Shown piece after piece: positions 1 through 12,728 of a DNA stretch of 64,000 nt. Source of the stretch: Raja brachyura (taxonomy: Eukaryota); contig OY740814.1 of assembly GCA_963514005.1 (NCBI GenBank), positions 15,872,001 through 15,936,000 of the forward strand, given 5' to 3'. A program made the position numbers and the translations under genes. Every line of letters starts with the position of its first letter. Position 1 is the stretch's first letter. The notes beneath the pieces were generated by a model that saw only the letters and a list, made by a program, of their open reading frames with translations, was not told the DNA's origin and did not search any database.

Positions 1-620
1 CCTACCCGAAAGGCGGCAGAGCCTACAGGCCAAAGGACCGACAGCCGCTCAACAGAAAAGTCCAATAACGGACTTGGCGTTGCCGGGGGGCGGGACTTGC
101 CAGCGATTGGTCCAGACCCCCGCGTCCATCACATCACTGTGAAGGCATGAACATTGCCCCAACCTTCCGCTCCACCCGACCCGCAGCCCGCGGAGGGTGG
201 CCGTGGGAGAGTGGGGGCTGTCCCGAGCGATGCACACCTTCGGCCGCGTTCAATTTGGTGCTTGGGTTCAGATTGCCCAGTCACCTATGGCTCGTGTGGG
301 AAAATGAACCCCTCGGTCCCGTCTCCCCCTTTATCTCTCTCTATCTCCCTTCTCTCTCCTCCTCTCTCCCCCCCCCCCGCTCTCTCTTCCCACCCTCCCC
401 ACCCCACTCTCTCTCCCTTCTCTCTCCCCCTTTTCTCTCTCCTCCGTCTCCACCCACGGGAGCGTCCCAGTCACTGACCGTGATGCACCGCCATCGGACC
501 CCAACCTCCACACCAGGGTGATTCCCCCCCGACTCCCGGACTTTGACACCCACACCAGGGTGATTCACCCCGGCCGCGGGGACAGACGGTTTATTTATTA
601 CCGTCTCGCAAGCTCCCACG
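1..620. promoter_or_regulatory. CpG-island-like promoter region
   Basis: GC/CpG-rich against an AT-rich background; CCAAT 62-66, GC box GGGGCGGGAC 87-96, inverted CCAAT (ATTGG) 106-110; CT-rich tract about 320-450. Confidence 0.65.
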
Positions 621-699
621 CACAATACAGGCAGCATCTCTGGAGAGAAGGAATTGGTGACGTTTCGTGCAGAGGCGTTCTTGGGTAAGGGGAATCAAG

Positions 700-990
700 A
701 ATTAGAGGGCATAGGTTTAAGGTGAGAGGAGGAAGATTTATTTAATAGATACCTTATTGCAACTTTTTCACACAGAGTATAGGGGGTATATGGAACGAGT
801 TGCCAGAAGTAGTTGCGACAGGTATAATAATAACATTTAAAAGATATTTCGGCAGGTGCATGGATAGGAAATGGAACATATTAGTGGGAGAGGCAAAACA
901 TTGGTAAATGGGACCATCTTAAATGGGCTATCTTGGTTGGCATGGATGAGTCGGGCTGAAGAACGTGTTTTTTTGTTGTAAGACTATGAT
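700..990 (+). mobile_element. CR1 3' end fragment
   Basis: agagggcataggtttaaggtgag...tttttcacacagag...tggaacgagttgccag. Confidence 0.7.
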
Positions 991-1846
991 TGACAAAGGG
1001 AAACTATCTGAAAACATCCTGAATCCCTGTAAATTATTCTAACTTTCCTTCCAAGTGACAGGGTCCAATGAGTAAAAAAAAGGGCAGATGGAGACTTAAC
1101 ATCATTTGAAAACAATTATAGTAACACTGAGTTTATTACATTGCAAGTTATTGGAAAAGCCCTAAATTGCTAGACAGATTCCATTATTTCAGTAATTACA
1201 ATCCCCAGGAAAATTGATTTTTGCCTCTAATTTAATCTGACTGTCAAACATCATTACAGTTTTAAAATGTTGACTCCAAAACATTGAAGTTACAAAGATC
1301 CCCATTTAATAAACATGGAACTAAAAGTCTGCAGGTGGAACTCAGCAGATCAGGCAGCATCTGTTGAGTAAAATGGACATTCGCCATTTTGGGTTGAGAT
1401 CCCTCCCCTTCCAGCATCTGCGGTTGTTTGTGCCTTCATTTAACGAGGCTGCATGAGTAAAACTAACCTTTACGCATGGTTTTCAGAAGTGGAAAATAAT
1501 AAATGATCATACTGATTTGATTGGGAGACTAATAATCACCACCAAGCAGACAAGGAAATCAAGTACAGATAATTAAATAAAAACTAGTATTGGTTAAAGG
1601 TGACCATGCAACCACTGCATTGTTGCCAATACCCACCTGCTTCACTAATGTTCTTTGGGGTAGGAAATCGCTCTGCCCTCAATCTGTGGTCTGATCCTCA
1701 CCTCAATGCCACACCAATATAGGTCATTCGTAACTACCCGCTGAGATGGCCCAGCAATCGATTCAGTTATTCAATCTTTAGAGATTTGGCAGCCTATTCA
1801 ATCACAGGTGCAAATTGCTGCTTTGAAGATAGGATTATGGATTTAC

Positions 1847-2138
1847 TTTAGTTTAGAGGTACAGCGTGGAAACAGGCCCTTCAGTCCGCCGAATCCGCAC
1901 TGACCAACAATCACCCGTACACTAGTTCTATCCTACAATCCAGGGAGAATTTACAGAAGCCAATTAACCCACAAACCTGCACGCTTTTGGAATGTGGGAT
2001 GAAACTGGAGCACCCGGAGAAAACCCATGTAATCACAGGGAGACCGTACAAACTGTGTACAGACAGCATCTGTAGTCAGGATCGAACCCGGGTCTCCAGC
2101 GTTGTAGAGCAGGAACTCTACTGCTGAGCTACTGTGCC
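1847..2138 (-). mobile_element. HE1-like tRNA-derived V-SINE
   Basis: tRNA-like head (ggttcgatcc B box), V-domain gttt...ctccgggtgctcc, CR1-type tail gggcctgtttcca...(TAAAC)n. Confidence 0.85.
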
Positions 2139-3768
2139 TAAACACCTATGGGTGTATGCTGTACATTCTCATTGACATCAAATAATCAAATAGCAAGGTA
2201 AATAAACATCTTTCCATTTAATATGGACTCCTAGAAAATCATTTATTTTGGTCATATAAGACCATTCGGCTATAGTACCTTGATATACTCTTTTGAGTCA
2301 AATACAATCAATAACAAATTGGGTCATTGGGCCACAATAAAGACACAAAGTCCAATAAACTCTGACACCAGGTTTCCTGTAAGTGTTTTTTTGCAGCTTT
2401 TAGCTATCATCATAATCCCACCTTAAGTTTCAAGTAAATGCCATTTGTCGGTCTTTGCACAGGAGTATTACGAAGATGGTGGTAAAGGATAGGGGCAGAG
2501 AAGAGTAAAGTTATTAGATTATTTATTTTTAATAAAAGAAAATTATAGAATGGTGAAATGAAGATGATAAATTAAGCGGGACAAAATTACCTTAAATAGG
2601 TTATAATAAAAGACCTCATCCCAAAATATTTTTAGTTGTAGAAATACCCCATATTTTAATATGCTCTACTTACCGAAGCAAAACACTTGCGACAGATCTT
2701 AATGATATACTAATTACATCTGGTGAAGCTCTGACCTGCTTCCACTGAAGGAGTAAAAAGATAACCTTGCCTGATTTTGCATTGTTTCCACCCACTAAAA
2801 TCAAATGGCTCCCCCATTCATACAGGACATGATACCTTGCTGAAAGGTGATTTTAAAAATATTGACCGTTGAGTTATTAGGGTCAGGGCACGACAGAACA
2901 AGAGCAGCATATGGTGAAATCAAGAAATGCACAAAGAATACAACCCAATGCTGCTGTATCATATCTTGTGGGAAAGACCGGCAGCAACTCTCAACGCACA
3001 TTCACTTTTTAATGAAACATCCTACAGGATACTATTCGGCACATTTTGTACTTCCTCTTTGAAAGAGCTCTTCAATTAGTTCAACTCCCTATCGAGATGG
3101 AACATCTATTGATTTGTGATATATTAATTGCTCCGTTGATTTTAATAAGCCTCAGTGCCCTTAATTCTATTTCTTGGAGATTTTCCATGATTAAGACATG
3201 CTTAGGAGATTTTACTGATTAAATCTTATTTAGCCAAATTGCAACAACTGCATCCACTAATCTTACATCTGGGCAAGAGTTTTGTTTTTGCCTTTGACCT
3301 GGATGAATTATTGATAAACAGGAAGGTTGAATGGCAGGCACACAAATAAAATATAATCCTCACACAAGTAGTTTTGCAGGTGTATGCATGTAAACGGAAG
3401 TCATTTGCACTGCTAAGCAATTTTAAAGCTGTAGTTTGCCGGAGCACGATTCAAACTCATATAAAGCTATGAATTGCTCTTTACAAGTTTAAGAGATAAG
3501 ATCATGAGATCATGTTAATAAAAAAAAAACATTGGACAGATGTTTAATAGTTTGTGGTTTTACTCCCAAATTTCTAGATATGTCAGAGATGCACATTTTG
3601 TGTTTTCTTGTGTGTAGGACTTGGGTGTAGAAGGGCACTGCACTCAAGTCCCACATACTCATACTAACTTTATCAGCCAAGTATGTTTTTCAACATACGA
3701 GTAATTTGATTTAACATACAGTCATACTTATACTACACATGGGAAAACACAAAGTGTGCATCTCTGAC

Positions 3769-4082
3769 TAAAGGCCCTGTCCCACTTTCCCGAGTTACTC
3801 ACGAACTCTCCCGAGTTTTCCCCTTGATTCGAACTCGGAGATTTACAGTAATAGCCGTTCGTAGGTACTCGGGCTATTTTTTTAAACTCGTGGACATTTT
3901 TCAACATGTTGAAAAAACGTCCCGACTTACCTGATACCCGAGTTCCTACGGCTGGCATTACGAGCCGCTAGGAAACATCTACGGACTCCTATGGATTCGC
4001 TTCCGACATTCCCCGAGTTCGAATCAAGGGGAAAACTCGGGAGAGTTCGTGAGTAACTCGGGAAAGTGGGACAGGGCCTTTA
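3769..4082. mobile_element. MITE, PIF/Harbinger-like termini
   Basis: Perfect 70-bp inverted repeats 3769-3838 and 4013-4082 (GGCCCTGTCCCACTT ends, TAA/TTA flanks); no ORF. Confidence 0.85.
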
Positions 4083-4158
4083 TTGGAGCTTATGTTCTGT
4101 TCTGCTTTAAGACAAGGCAAGTCAACTGACACAGAATGATGATAGATTGTAGACTCAC

Positions 4159-4266
4159 AGACAGAAGACATTTTTGGAATTCCTGAATTTTCAATGTTGC
4201 TTCTTGGTAATTTTTGTGTTCTGTGCAAAGTTTATACATCTCCAGCATGCAGACCCAGGGACAGTC
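4159..4266 (-). CDS. SPG11: Spatacsin exon 27 equivalent, 108 nt (last SPG11 exon found in window)
   Basis: ttgaag|GAC...TCT|gtgagt; DCPWVCMLEMYKLCTEHKNYQEATLKIQEFQKCL. Confidence 0.92.
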
Positions 4267-4559
4267 CTTCAAAAAAAAAAATCAAGTTAAAGTACTAGGG
4301 GAAAAAGACACTCTTTTATTAATGACTGAAATTTATAGCATTGGGTGTCAAGTTCAGCTACAAACCAAGCAATATATATTTGTCTACAAAACTGATGTAC
4401 AATACTAGCAGTGAAAATGTTATAGGGCGACTGGTTTATGCATAACATTATAGACAGTCTGCAAACTCACAAAGTAAGCAACAAGATAAATGAAGAAATT
4501 ATCCATCATTTTGGCGATATTGACCAAGGAAGGAAAGTTGGTCAAAGTGTTCTCATCTG

Positions 4560-4900
4560 CAAATACTGTCTTGGGGCTTTCAACATCTCTTAGCACAACA
4601 GAACTCATCGAGTTTCCGTTTCAGAGATATTGTTTCAGCAATGTGTAGTTTCTGCAATCGGATGCGACAGATTTTCTGTCACATCTTCCTCATGCTGACA
4701 TGGGAGAGAAGGCTGTGAACTTTCAGTTCCTTCTCTGCAAGTTTTAGAATTTGAACTCCATTTGAAGTAGCATTCCATACTCCCTATTTGGTAATCATTC
4801 CTTTCCAGAGGTTTGCAAATTGCCCGACACTGGCAATAAAGTCATACAAGAGGATCAGTTTGTTTCCCTCCATGATACGAGCGCATTGTCATCTTCACTC
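4560..4900 (-). mobile_element. Degenerate RTE-like APE endonuclease fragment
   Basis: NKLILLYDFIASVG..LWKGMI..GV.NA.SNGV resembles the LGDFNARVG..NSNG motif. Confidence 0.55.
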
Positions 4901-4934
4901 ATCAGATTTAACGCGGAAAACAAGTATTGACAGG

Positions 4935-5120
4935 AGACAAGTCACAAAATGCTGGAGAAACTCTCCGGATCAGGCAGCATTTCTGGAGAACACGGATGGG
5001 TGATGTTTCGGGTCTGGACCCTTCTTCAGACTCGCAGAGTGAGATGCTGCCAGACCCGTTGATTTATTCCAGCATTTCGCGTATATCTTTGGTATAAACC
5101 AGCACCTGCAGTTCCTTTTT
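4935..5120. mobile_element. Penelope terminal-repeat insert, inverted arms
   Basis: Minus-strand core CTGAAGAAGGGTCCAGACCCGAAACATC at about 5002-5029. Confidence 0.72.
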
Positions 5121-5624
5121 ATTACATATTATCAATAGATCTTTATTTCCAATTTCCAGCAGTCTGCAATATTTTCTTTTGAAATTTCAAATGACCCACT
5201 TTGCTCAGTAAAGTCGGCTATCCCAACAGAACTTAATAAATGATAATTCAGGTGGTTGGCAAAGTCTCTGAAGCAGCATGGAGACCCACTAGGCTGTCTT
5301 TCTTTGCTTTGATAAACTTTTCATATATCCTGGCCAAGATATTCCAGATGAATTTACATTGAAAATCATGTAAAAACGCTTGCTGTAGATCAAAAATACA
5401 CCAGAAAATGCTGAAAACCCCCAATAGTATCTACGGAGAAGCAGAGCTAATGTTCCAGATCGATGGCATTTTGCTATAACAAATGTCATCGACCTATTAT
5501 GATGAAAGTTCATCACCTTCAAATATTCAGCCCATTTCTTTCTCCACAGACACTGTCTAAACTGATGAATATTTCCAACATTTTACATTTTTATCTCCAA
5601 TAAAATATATGCATCACCCACTAC

Positions 5625-5825
5625 CTTCTGAAAAAGTTGAAATCCTCGGACAAGTTGTTTACTTTTCCTTCTTCCCAACAGCACCTTCCACATCAGCGAC
5701 AGATCGTGGAGATTCCACTCGTGGTACTCCACCGAATCATCGAGGTGTTTTGTAACTTCAGAGATGGTCACATTATCAGAGGACATCACAATCCAAACAC
5801 AAAGACACTGAAGAACGTCAGTTTC
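5625..5825 (-). CDS. SPG11: Spatacsin exon 26 equivalent, 201 nt
   Basis: cgcag|GAA...AAG|gtagt; CLCVWIV...HEWNLHDLSLMWKVLLGRRKSKQLVRGFQLFQK. Confidence 0.93.
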
Positions 5826-5959
5826 CTGCGAATGAGAGGGAGAGTAATTCCTCACAGCAGCACTGGAATAGCGATGGAGCTGAAGGCTACAACCATTACC
5901 TCTCAAGTCATAGATTTTCCTGCCCACAGCTTAATCCAGATCTATACAGCAATGGAGGC

Positions 5960-6315
5960 TGAGGGGTGACCTTATACAGGTTTATAACATCATGAAGAGC
6001 GCAGATAGGATGAATGGTCTGTTGTTTTTCCAGGGTAGGGTAGTGTAAAAGGTAGAGGACATAGGATTAAGGTGAGAGGGGAAAGAATTGAGACCAGGGG
6101 CAAAGTTTTCACCCTGAGGTGTGGGGTGTAAGGAAGGGGAAGTGGTAGAGGCAGATACAATTGCAATGTTTAAAAGACACTTAGACAGGTTAATGTATAG
6201 GAAAAGTTTGGTGGGGATGTGGGCCAAAGGCAGGCAAATGGCTCAGGAAGGCACCTTGATCGTAATATAAAGTTGTGCAGAAGGGCCTGCTTCCGTCCTG
6301 TGTAACTCTATGACT
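5960..6315 (+). mobile_element. CR1 3' end fragment
   Basis: ggaggctgaggggtgaccttata...gggcctgcttcc...ctctatgact. Confidence 0.7.
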
Positions 6316-9300
6316 GGAGTCACTGAATCCCATCTTCCCTCAGGAATACATTCTGTGGCGATTCAGTGGAAATCCAGACTAAATTATCTGTCAGATAAAT
6401 TCAAATCCCATCACCTCTGTAGACAATGAAATTTAAAAACATAAAATATTATTGTCATGTTGATGATCGCCTCAGTTTAATTCTTTAATATCATTTTTAT
6501 AGCTCTCAGAAAAAGTTAGTTGTGATAAAGGGTCTCATATAAAGGTTCATGAGTCTCTAAATTCAATTTCATGAATTTTCCATGTGGGCTTTAATAGGAA
6601 AAATGCTTAATCGTTAGAAAGTATCATCAATAATAAGACTACATCTGCAATTTATCTGTTAGTTGATTGATCATGTGTGGCACAATAAAAACTTTGCTTT
6701 ATATAATGAGGATTTATCGACATAAGCACTTCCTTTCAATGATGAATGTCCCAGTAAAAATCAGTTCAGACAAATTTTAAATAGTTTCATACACAGATTT
6801 GACTGGAGAGCAAGGTCACTGAGTTACGTGGATTCCATATGTAGCTAAGTTTCTCCAGGCTAGTGACATTCCATAAATCTGTGAGGAAGCATTCTAAATT
6901 TGTATTATTAAGTTTTTCCTTGAATATGATATTCTGTCACACCTATGGAATTTCAGGTCATTCACTTTAAGATGCTGTGATTAAGTAAAGTTTGGTTCTC
7001 AAGGGCTTAAGTCCCAGAGAGCATATTCTGAAAATGTGATTTCAACACAGTTGAAGCTTCTGCCCTTGTTTGGTCTCACTTTGGGACAATAGGCTCCGTT
7101 GTCACATTTGTGAGAGCGAGGTTGGGGTGTGATGTCAAGAGGTCAGAAGGATGCAGCTGCCCAGGAAGTCAACATGAGGACCGCTAGATTATTTACAATG
7201 CAAGGCAACTCTTGGGCAGAGAGCTGGGGACAAGAGAGAGGTCAAGTCTTAGGCTTCCTGGTGGGATGCTGAAAGGTCAAGAGTAAACTCAAGTGGAAGT
7301 CAGACACAGGGTTAATAAAAAACGTTTACAGGTTTGCACCAACTATTTACAAGTGAGGGTCGCAGACGAAAACAGACAGGTTGGGAGGGAAGATATATAA
7401 CATTCAAACATATGGACATGTTGTAATTCACTCATAATTATTTCTAAATTACAACAGAAAGGATAATTCCGGATGCAACATGTTGTCAAATTGCAGCAGG
7501 CTTTTTAACAAACGATTTCTCTATTTTGTGCAAAGGTTGAGAGATTAGCTTGTTTTCAATTGATATGTCCACCAAATCTTATTTTAATGTATATTAAGCA
7601 CTAATAACTTGAATTAAAGTCAAATTATTTGGAGATTATAATTTCATACTGCGTCAGAGTTCAACAATTCAAATTATTTCTCAGTAATGTCTAGAAAGTG
7701 AACCATCTGTCAATCTGGGTCTCATAGAGGCTCACCAAGTTTAAAAAGCATGTTCCTCTACAATGCCACATTAATCCACTCTAGTTCTCAAATGAACTAA
7801 ATGCTCTCCTAGGGAATCTAGGAGAGGGGAGAGGTGAGTTTCCATTGTATTACACGTCCTGAAAAATATGTAGTCAAATAGTGCTCTACATGTTGCCAAT
7901 TCTCCACGTTGCAAGGTTAAAACAAAAATGTCTGGCTTTGATTATCAGAATACAATTATAATTACATACAACCCTTGTGATGTGATGAAAAGAAAATTTC
8001 AAACAAGGGCAATCTGATGGAAATTACTGAGTAATAGGCTATTTGGGTTTTTTTTAATGTTGTAAATACCAGCTGAAAGTCAGGGTCATTCTACAGGATA
8101 ATGCAGTGATTGAAGAAAGATTGCTTAAAGCCATAAGTAACAATTACATCGTATTAAACCAAGATCATGTCTCTCTAGTGGAGTTTAAGAGATCCATATC
8201 AGCATATTCAAGAATGGAAGGGGATGGGGGCTAATGTTTGGGGTATCATCACAAATGTCCCAGTCAATGTTTAACATTCAATCAAAAAAAAAGATCTAGT
8301 CATTTTTTAACATGAGGTGATTTGGAGAACTTACCATGTTCAAATTGGCTACCATGTTTTCGGTAAAAGTGACTACACTGCATAAAATATTTTCAGAGAT
8401 CCAGAAATTAAGAAATGAGCCCCATAAACGCAAGAGTTTCCTTTTTCAGTTTCTTCCACATATTTGTAATAATAGTTTTAGTATGAATATTTATTTCAGC
8501 AAGAAAAATCTGACCTTATGCTGAGACTGCAAATTGGTGCCCAATTTGCTTTCATTCTCATTTACACGGGCAGATAAGCATAACTCTTCAAAAGTTATCA
8601 AAAAAAACCATCAGATAAACGTTTAATCAAGCTAACGCCATTATTCAATTCTGCATTGGTGGCAATTTCCAGATGATTACATTTACCGGATGACACCCAC
8701 TACAAATATATTGTGAATGAATTGACCACTATCATTCTCGTTAAGGAATGCAAATATGTTCGGGTCAATCCTGCACATATATACATTAGTTAAATAGAAT
8801 TTCATGGCAATTAGAAGCAGGTTTTGAGAAAAGACAAACAGTTCACTTGGAATCTATATGGGCTGAATTTATTGATCACATAATACTTATACAGCAGCAC
8901 CTGTGAAGTGTGAAGAACAGTGTTAATGTTTCAGGTTGGCTTTTCATCCGAATTGGCCAGGTCCGACCCAAATTTGAAAGGCTGATTATCTAAAATTGTT
9001 GAATTCAGTGTCAAGTCTCAGTCATGTAAACAGGGCAGGAACATGAGGAGCCCATATGACATGAAGAAATTCACCATCCTCTGCTTAAAGACATTCCTTC
9101 TCATCAAAATCAACAAGGGCCTACCCCATATTGTGAAAGGGTGACCTCTGGTTCTTCGACTCCTTCACCAGGAGAAACATACTCCCTACATGTGGCTTGT
9201 GGAGAATTTTATAAATTTCAATGAGATCTCCTTTCACTTTTTCTAAACTCTCTAGAATACTGGCCCAGTCAACTCAATTCATCCTCATATAGCAAACTCC

Positions 9301-9419
9301 CACCCTCCCCCTAGACCTTAGTGGATCTTTGCTGCACATACACGAGTAACATGAGTGCAAACATGCCATACATAGCAATCATCCAATTTGTTTGGTTTCT
9401 GAAATGGAGTCCCTAATGC

Positions 9420-10060
9420 GTGAATCCGCATTACCTTATCAACCGCTTCACCTGGGATGATGAAACTGTAAGAGGTCTGTTCCATGAACCCCATACCACA
9501 ACAACAGGGTTCCTCTTATCCGTGCCTTCCACATATTCAACACATCACCCACCATCATGATTTCCGCCACCATCAACATGATGCTACCATGGCATGAATC
9601 TTCTCCTCCCTTACAGCATTCTAACAGCTGCCCATACTACCTGCCCGTTCTTTTAACTCTTTCTTTCCCATCATCAGGGACTGCCTTGCAGAAGACCTCT
9701 CTGTTTCCAAGGGAATGCTGAGTTTCCTGTCAGCTGTCACTTTAATGCTCCATCCCACTCCCACTGTGTAGTTTTTATTGCATCTTTCCTCTAACATTAT
9801 TCGGATTATATTTCCACCAGAGATATCACCTGAAATTTGCCTTCACACCAGCGCTACCACCATTAGCCTCATTAAATCTTGTGTTCCTCTCCCCTCTCTG
9901 CAACTTAACACATTTGACTTTTAACTTATTTTTTTTAATTGTCAATTTCTGATGAAAGGCCTGTTAGATTATGCCCGTTTCTCTCTTCATAGATGCTACC
10001 GGACCTGAGTATTTAGAGCCATTTCTATTTTTCTTTCACATTTGCAGCATCCACTATATT
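9420..10060 (+). mobile_element. Degenerate Penelope-like element
   Basis: agggttcctctt, cactttaatgctccatcccactccc (HFN-PSHSH), ctgatgaaagg, agatgct...gcagcatc. Confidence 0.6.
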
Positions 10061-10409
10061 TTATTTTTTAATAATATTCACATTGTTTTGCTATTTACAA
10101 GGTCGAATTTAAAGGACATTTAAATGTGGGGAATATTTATTCTCATAATTTCTCATAATCTCATAACCTTTTCTCATAATTGAACTTGATCCGTGTATCC
10201 TCCATCCTTTCTTCTTCATGCAACTTATCAAACATCCGAGCTATGCACCTGAACCACTGCACTTGTTAGCCATCTCCGCAATTCTGTGTGTGCTCTGGGA
10301 AAGGAACTCGTTAATGGGTTTGTAATAGCAACATAATTATCCCTATGTGCACTGTGATCAAAATGTCATTAACTGGTGTTACGTACATTCAGCCACAAGA
10401 AACACCTAC

Positions 10410-10673
10410 CAGAAAACATGCAGCCAGAACGCTCAACACTGGTGCGCTTTGCCGTACTGCCTCGCTCAAAAGATATCGCCACGGATTTGTACTATCTTGG
10501 CACCTATAGAGAACTTGAAAGAGATCTTTTGGGGTCTTGGTCTCTTTGTCGGGTTCTTTCTTCATCACAGTACAACTCGCTGGCTTTTCGTGAGAAACAA
10601 ATTGCAAATTCTGAAAGGCTAATGTCAGGTGGTCCTGCAGAATGGGACTGAAGTCTTTTAGCAGTCTCTTCAC
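10410..10673 (-). CDS. SPG11: Spatacsin exon 25 equivalent, 264 nt
   Basis: tatag|GTG...CTG|gtagg; FSPILQDHLTLAFQNL...LLSEAVRQSAPVLSVLAAC. Confidence 0.92.
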
Positions 10674-11583
10674 CTATAGAAAGGATCAGATGGTAACATA
10701 AGGACAAGGTTGTTTTTAAAAGTATACCAAAGCAAGAAAACACTGCAGTACTCTCTTAGCGTTTGATGAACAACTAAAAGCACTTAAAGCAATTTACAAT
10801 CTTTGGTAAAAATGTCCAAGGTTGTTGAGTAACTGGGCCCTTACAAAGCTCAACTTTATTTTTACAGAAGTAATGTAACTCAGACAATAATTACATTTTC
10901 CGGTGCGGAGGTGGGGTGATATTTCAGATTTATGGATAAACTAACATAATAGATTCTCTGAGCAATTCCAGTTCACAATTGAGGACTTTAGAAAAGGCAA
11001 GCTGTCAGAGAATAATTTCCACTTCGCAGAAAAGCGCTGCTGCATGAAGACATTTTGCACAAAATGTCTGATCCCCTTCTACTTCTAATCAGTTGTGTGG
11101 AAAGAAAATGTCATCTTTTATTCCTGTGCAGGTCCACAGGTTACAGATTATTTCCAAGCCCTTATCCAGCCCACGCACAGTTTAATCTCTGTGTGACATC
11201 CATGCTTCCCACTAAGTTACCACTGAAGAGGCTTTCTTTCAAACGGAGCTAGTGGCGCAGCTGGTAGAGCTGCTGCCTCATGGTCCAAGAGACCCGGGTT
11301 TGATCCTAACTTCAGGTGTTGTCTGCCTTGTTTATCAAGATAAAGAAATGGCAGACTTCTGACCTGGACATTTCCCGCCAGTGTGGAAGAGGAAGAGAAT
11401 GCACAAAAGCAAGGGGACAAAGACATTCATATTAAGGGTCACGTAAACCACATCTCGCTCCAAAATCATCTTAGCAGAGAGATGGAAACAGACTGTTCAG
11501 TTGTCTATAACAAAATGTGGTGACACGAGAATGAAAAGAGACAAATAGGAAGCAAATGCAACTTAATATTTCAAGCATTTTAC

Positions 11584-11743
11584 CTCTTCTGGCTGGTAGT
11601 TGTGAAGTTGAGCAAATACTATAAACTGCAGCCATTCATCCTCTTGGGCACAAGCCTGAAGGTAGGCCATGCTCAGGGGGATGTCATGAAGCCTACAGAA
11701 TTGTGCCATCAGTGACCACTCCTGACCAGCTTCGAAAGATACC
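11584..11743 (-). CDS. SPG11: Spatacsin exon 24 equivalent, 160 nt
   Basis: tgcag|G...GAG|gtaaa; EWSLMAQFCRLHDIPLSMAYLQACAQEDEWLQFIVFAQLHNYQPEE. Confidence 0.93.
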
Positions 11744-11845
11744 CTGCAATTCAATAAGCTCAATGTTATTCCTGATTTGATGAAGCTGCACCATAACAAT
11801 TGTACAAAAAGCGAGAGATTAGTTATGGTTGCACATTTTTGATAC

Positions 11846-11954
11846 CTCCTTATATTTTTTCTTTGTATGTTTTCCCAAGTAGCATTCTCTAAATGTGTAA
11901 GCAATTCTTCTGCTGATGATCGATTCCCTTCAACTAAGTTCTGAAGTTTTTCAG
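11846..11954 (-). CDS. SPG11: Spatacsin exon 23 equivalent, 109 nt
   Basis: ctcag|CT...GAG|gtatc; AEKLQNLVEGNRSSAEELLTHLENATWENIQ. Confidence 0.9.
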
Positions 11955-12139
11955 CTGAGAAAAACACAATGAGACATCAGGGATTAATTTTAAAGTGTAT
12001 TTAAATATGACTTTATCGCAGTGTCCAGTGAACGTGGAAATTGGCTCACCAACTGATGCTGAAATCATAAACAAAAATTCAGCAGAAAATGAGAAGTTCT
12101 AAAGGGGTTAGTCAGAATGTTAGATTATTAATACCTAAA

Positions 12140-12728
12140 ATAAGGCCTGAAAATGTACCTGCGTCTTGGAAGCCGAAGGTTAGGTTGTTCATAGGCCTAT
12201 AGCTGCAGCACGTAAGAATTTAATTGTTCCATTGCCAGTATAGCTTGACAATTAAAAAACTCTCAACTCTTGCGATAAAGGAAATCGATGGCGGGGAAAA
12301 GGTGGGATAGACAGAGAGGTAGTTGTAAACAAAATCTTTCTTTCAATATGAATTATTTCTAGACGGTGGTGGTGGTGGACGGAGGGGAGGAACGGTGACG
12401 GTGAGAGGGCTGGGGGCTTGAAGGCGCTCTGGGGGTTCCACGGTCAGCTGCGGGAGGTGACCTGGGTCACGGAGGCAGAGCGGAGGCAAGGGAATAGCGC
12501 GTCGAAAGTCGAGGTGCTGGTGGAGTGAGCCGCTGGAGGCCCTGCAGCAGCCTGGGGCTCTATTGGATCGGGCGCTGCTCAGAGGCTGAGGATGTGGCCT
12601 GCAGCGCTATAAACAATACGCAATGCAAATGGCCACCACGGCAAATGTTTTTCCCAAAATAATTTAGCAACTCAAAATGGGGGTGCGTCTTCGATGCAGC
12701 TGCGTCTTTGTCGCCGGGAAATACGGTA
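12140..12728. mobile_element. Probable Tc2/pogo-like non-autonomous DNA transposon relic with GC-rich interior
   Basis: One terminus reads TA-CCGTATTTCCCGGCG on the minus strand, with repeated GCGTCTT subterminal motif; matching terminus not found. Confidence 0.45.

Noticed and set aside
147-637. Overlapping ORFs rich in Pro/Ser/Gly/Arg
   Set aside because: Products of the CT-rich tract and high GC; no recognisable protein.
2674-2794. Exon-like segment on the minus strand (ttttag...CG|gtaagt) as SPG11 exon 28
   Set aside because: No similarity to spatacsin, and a stop in the frame following exon 27; only the splice-like motifs support it.
4159-10673. Idea that a single large human exon was split by extra introns here
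   Set aside because: Exon sizes 264/201/108 match recalled human exons 25-27 (273/201/108), so the structure looks conserved.
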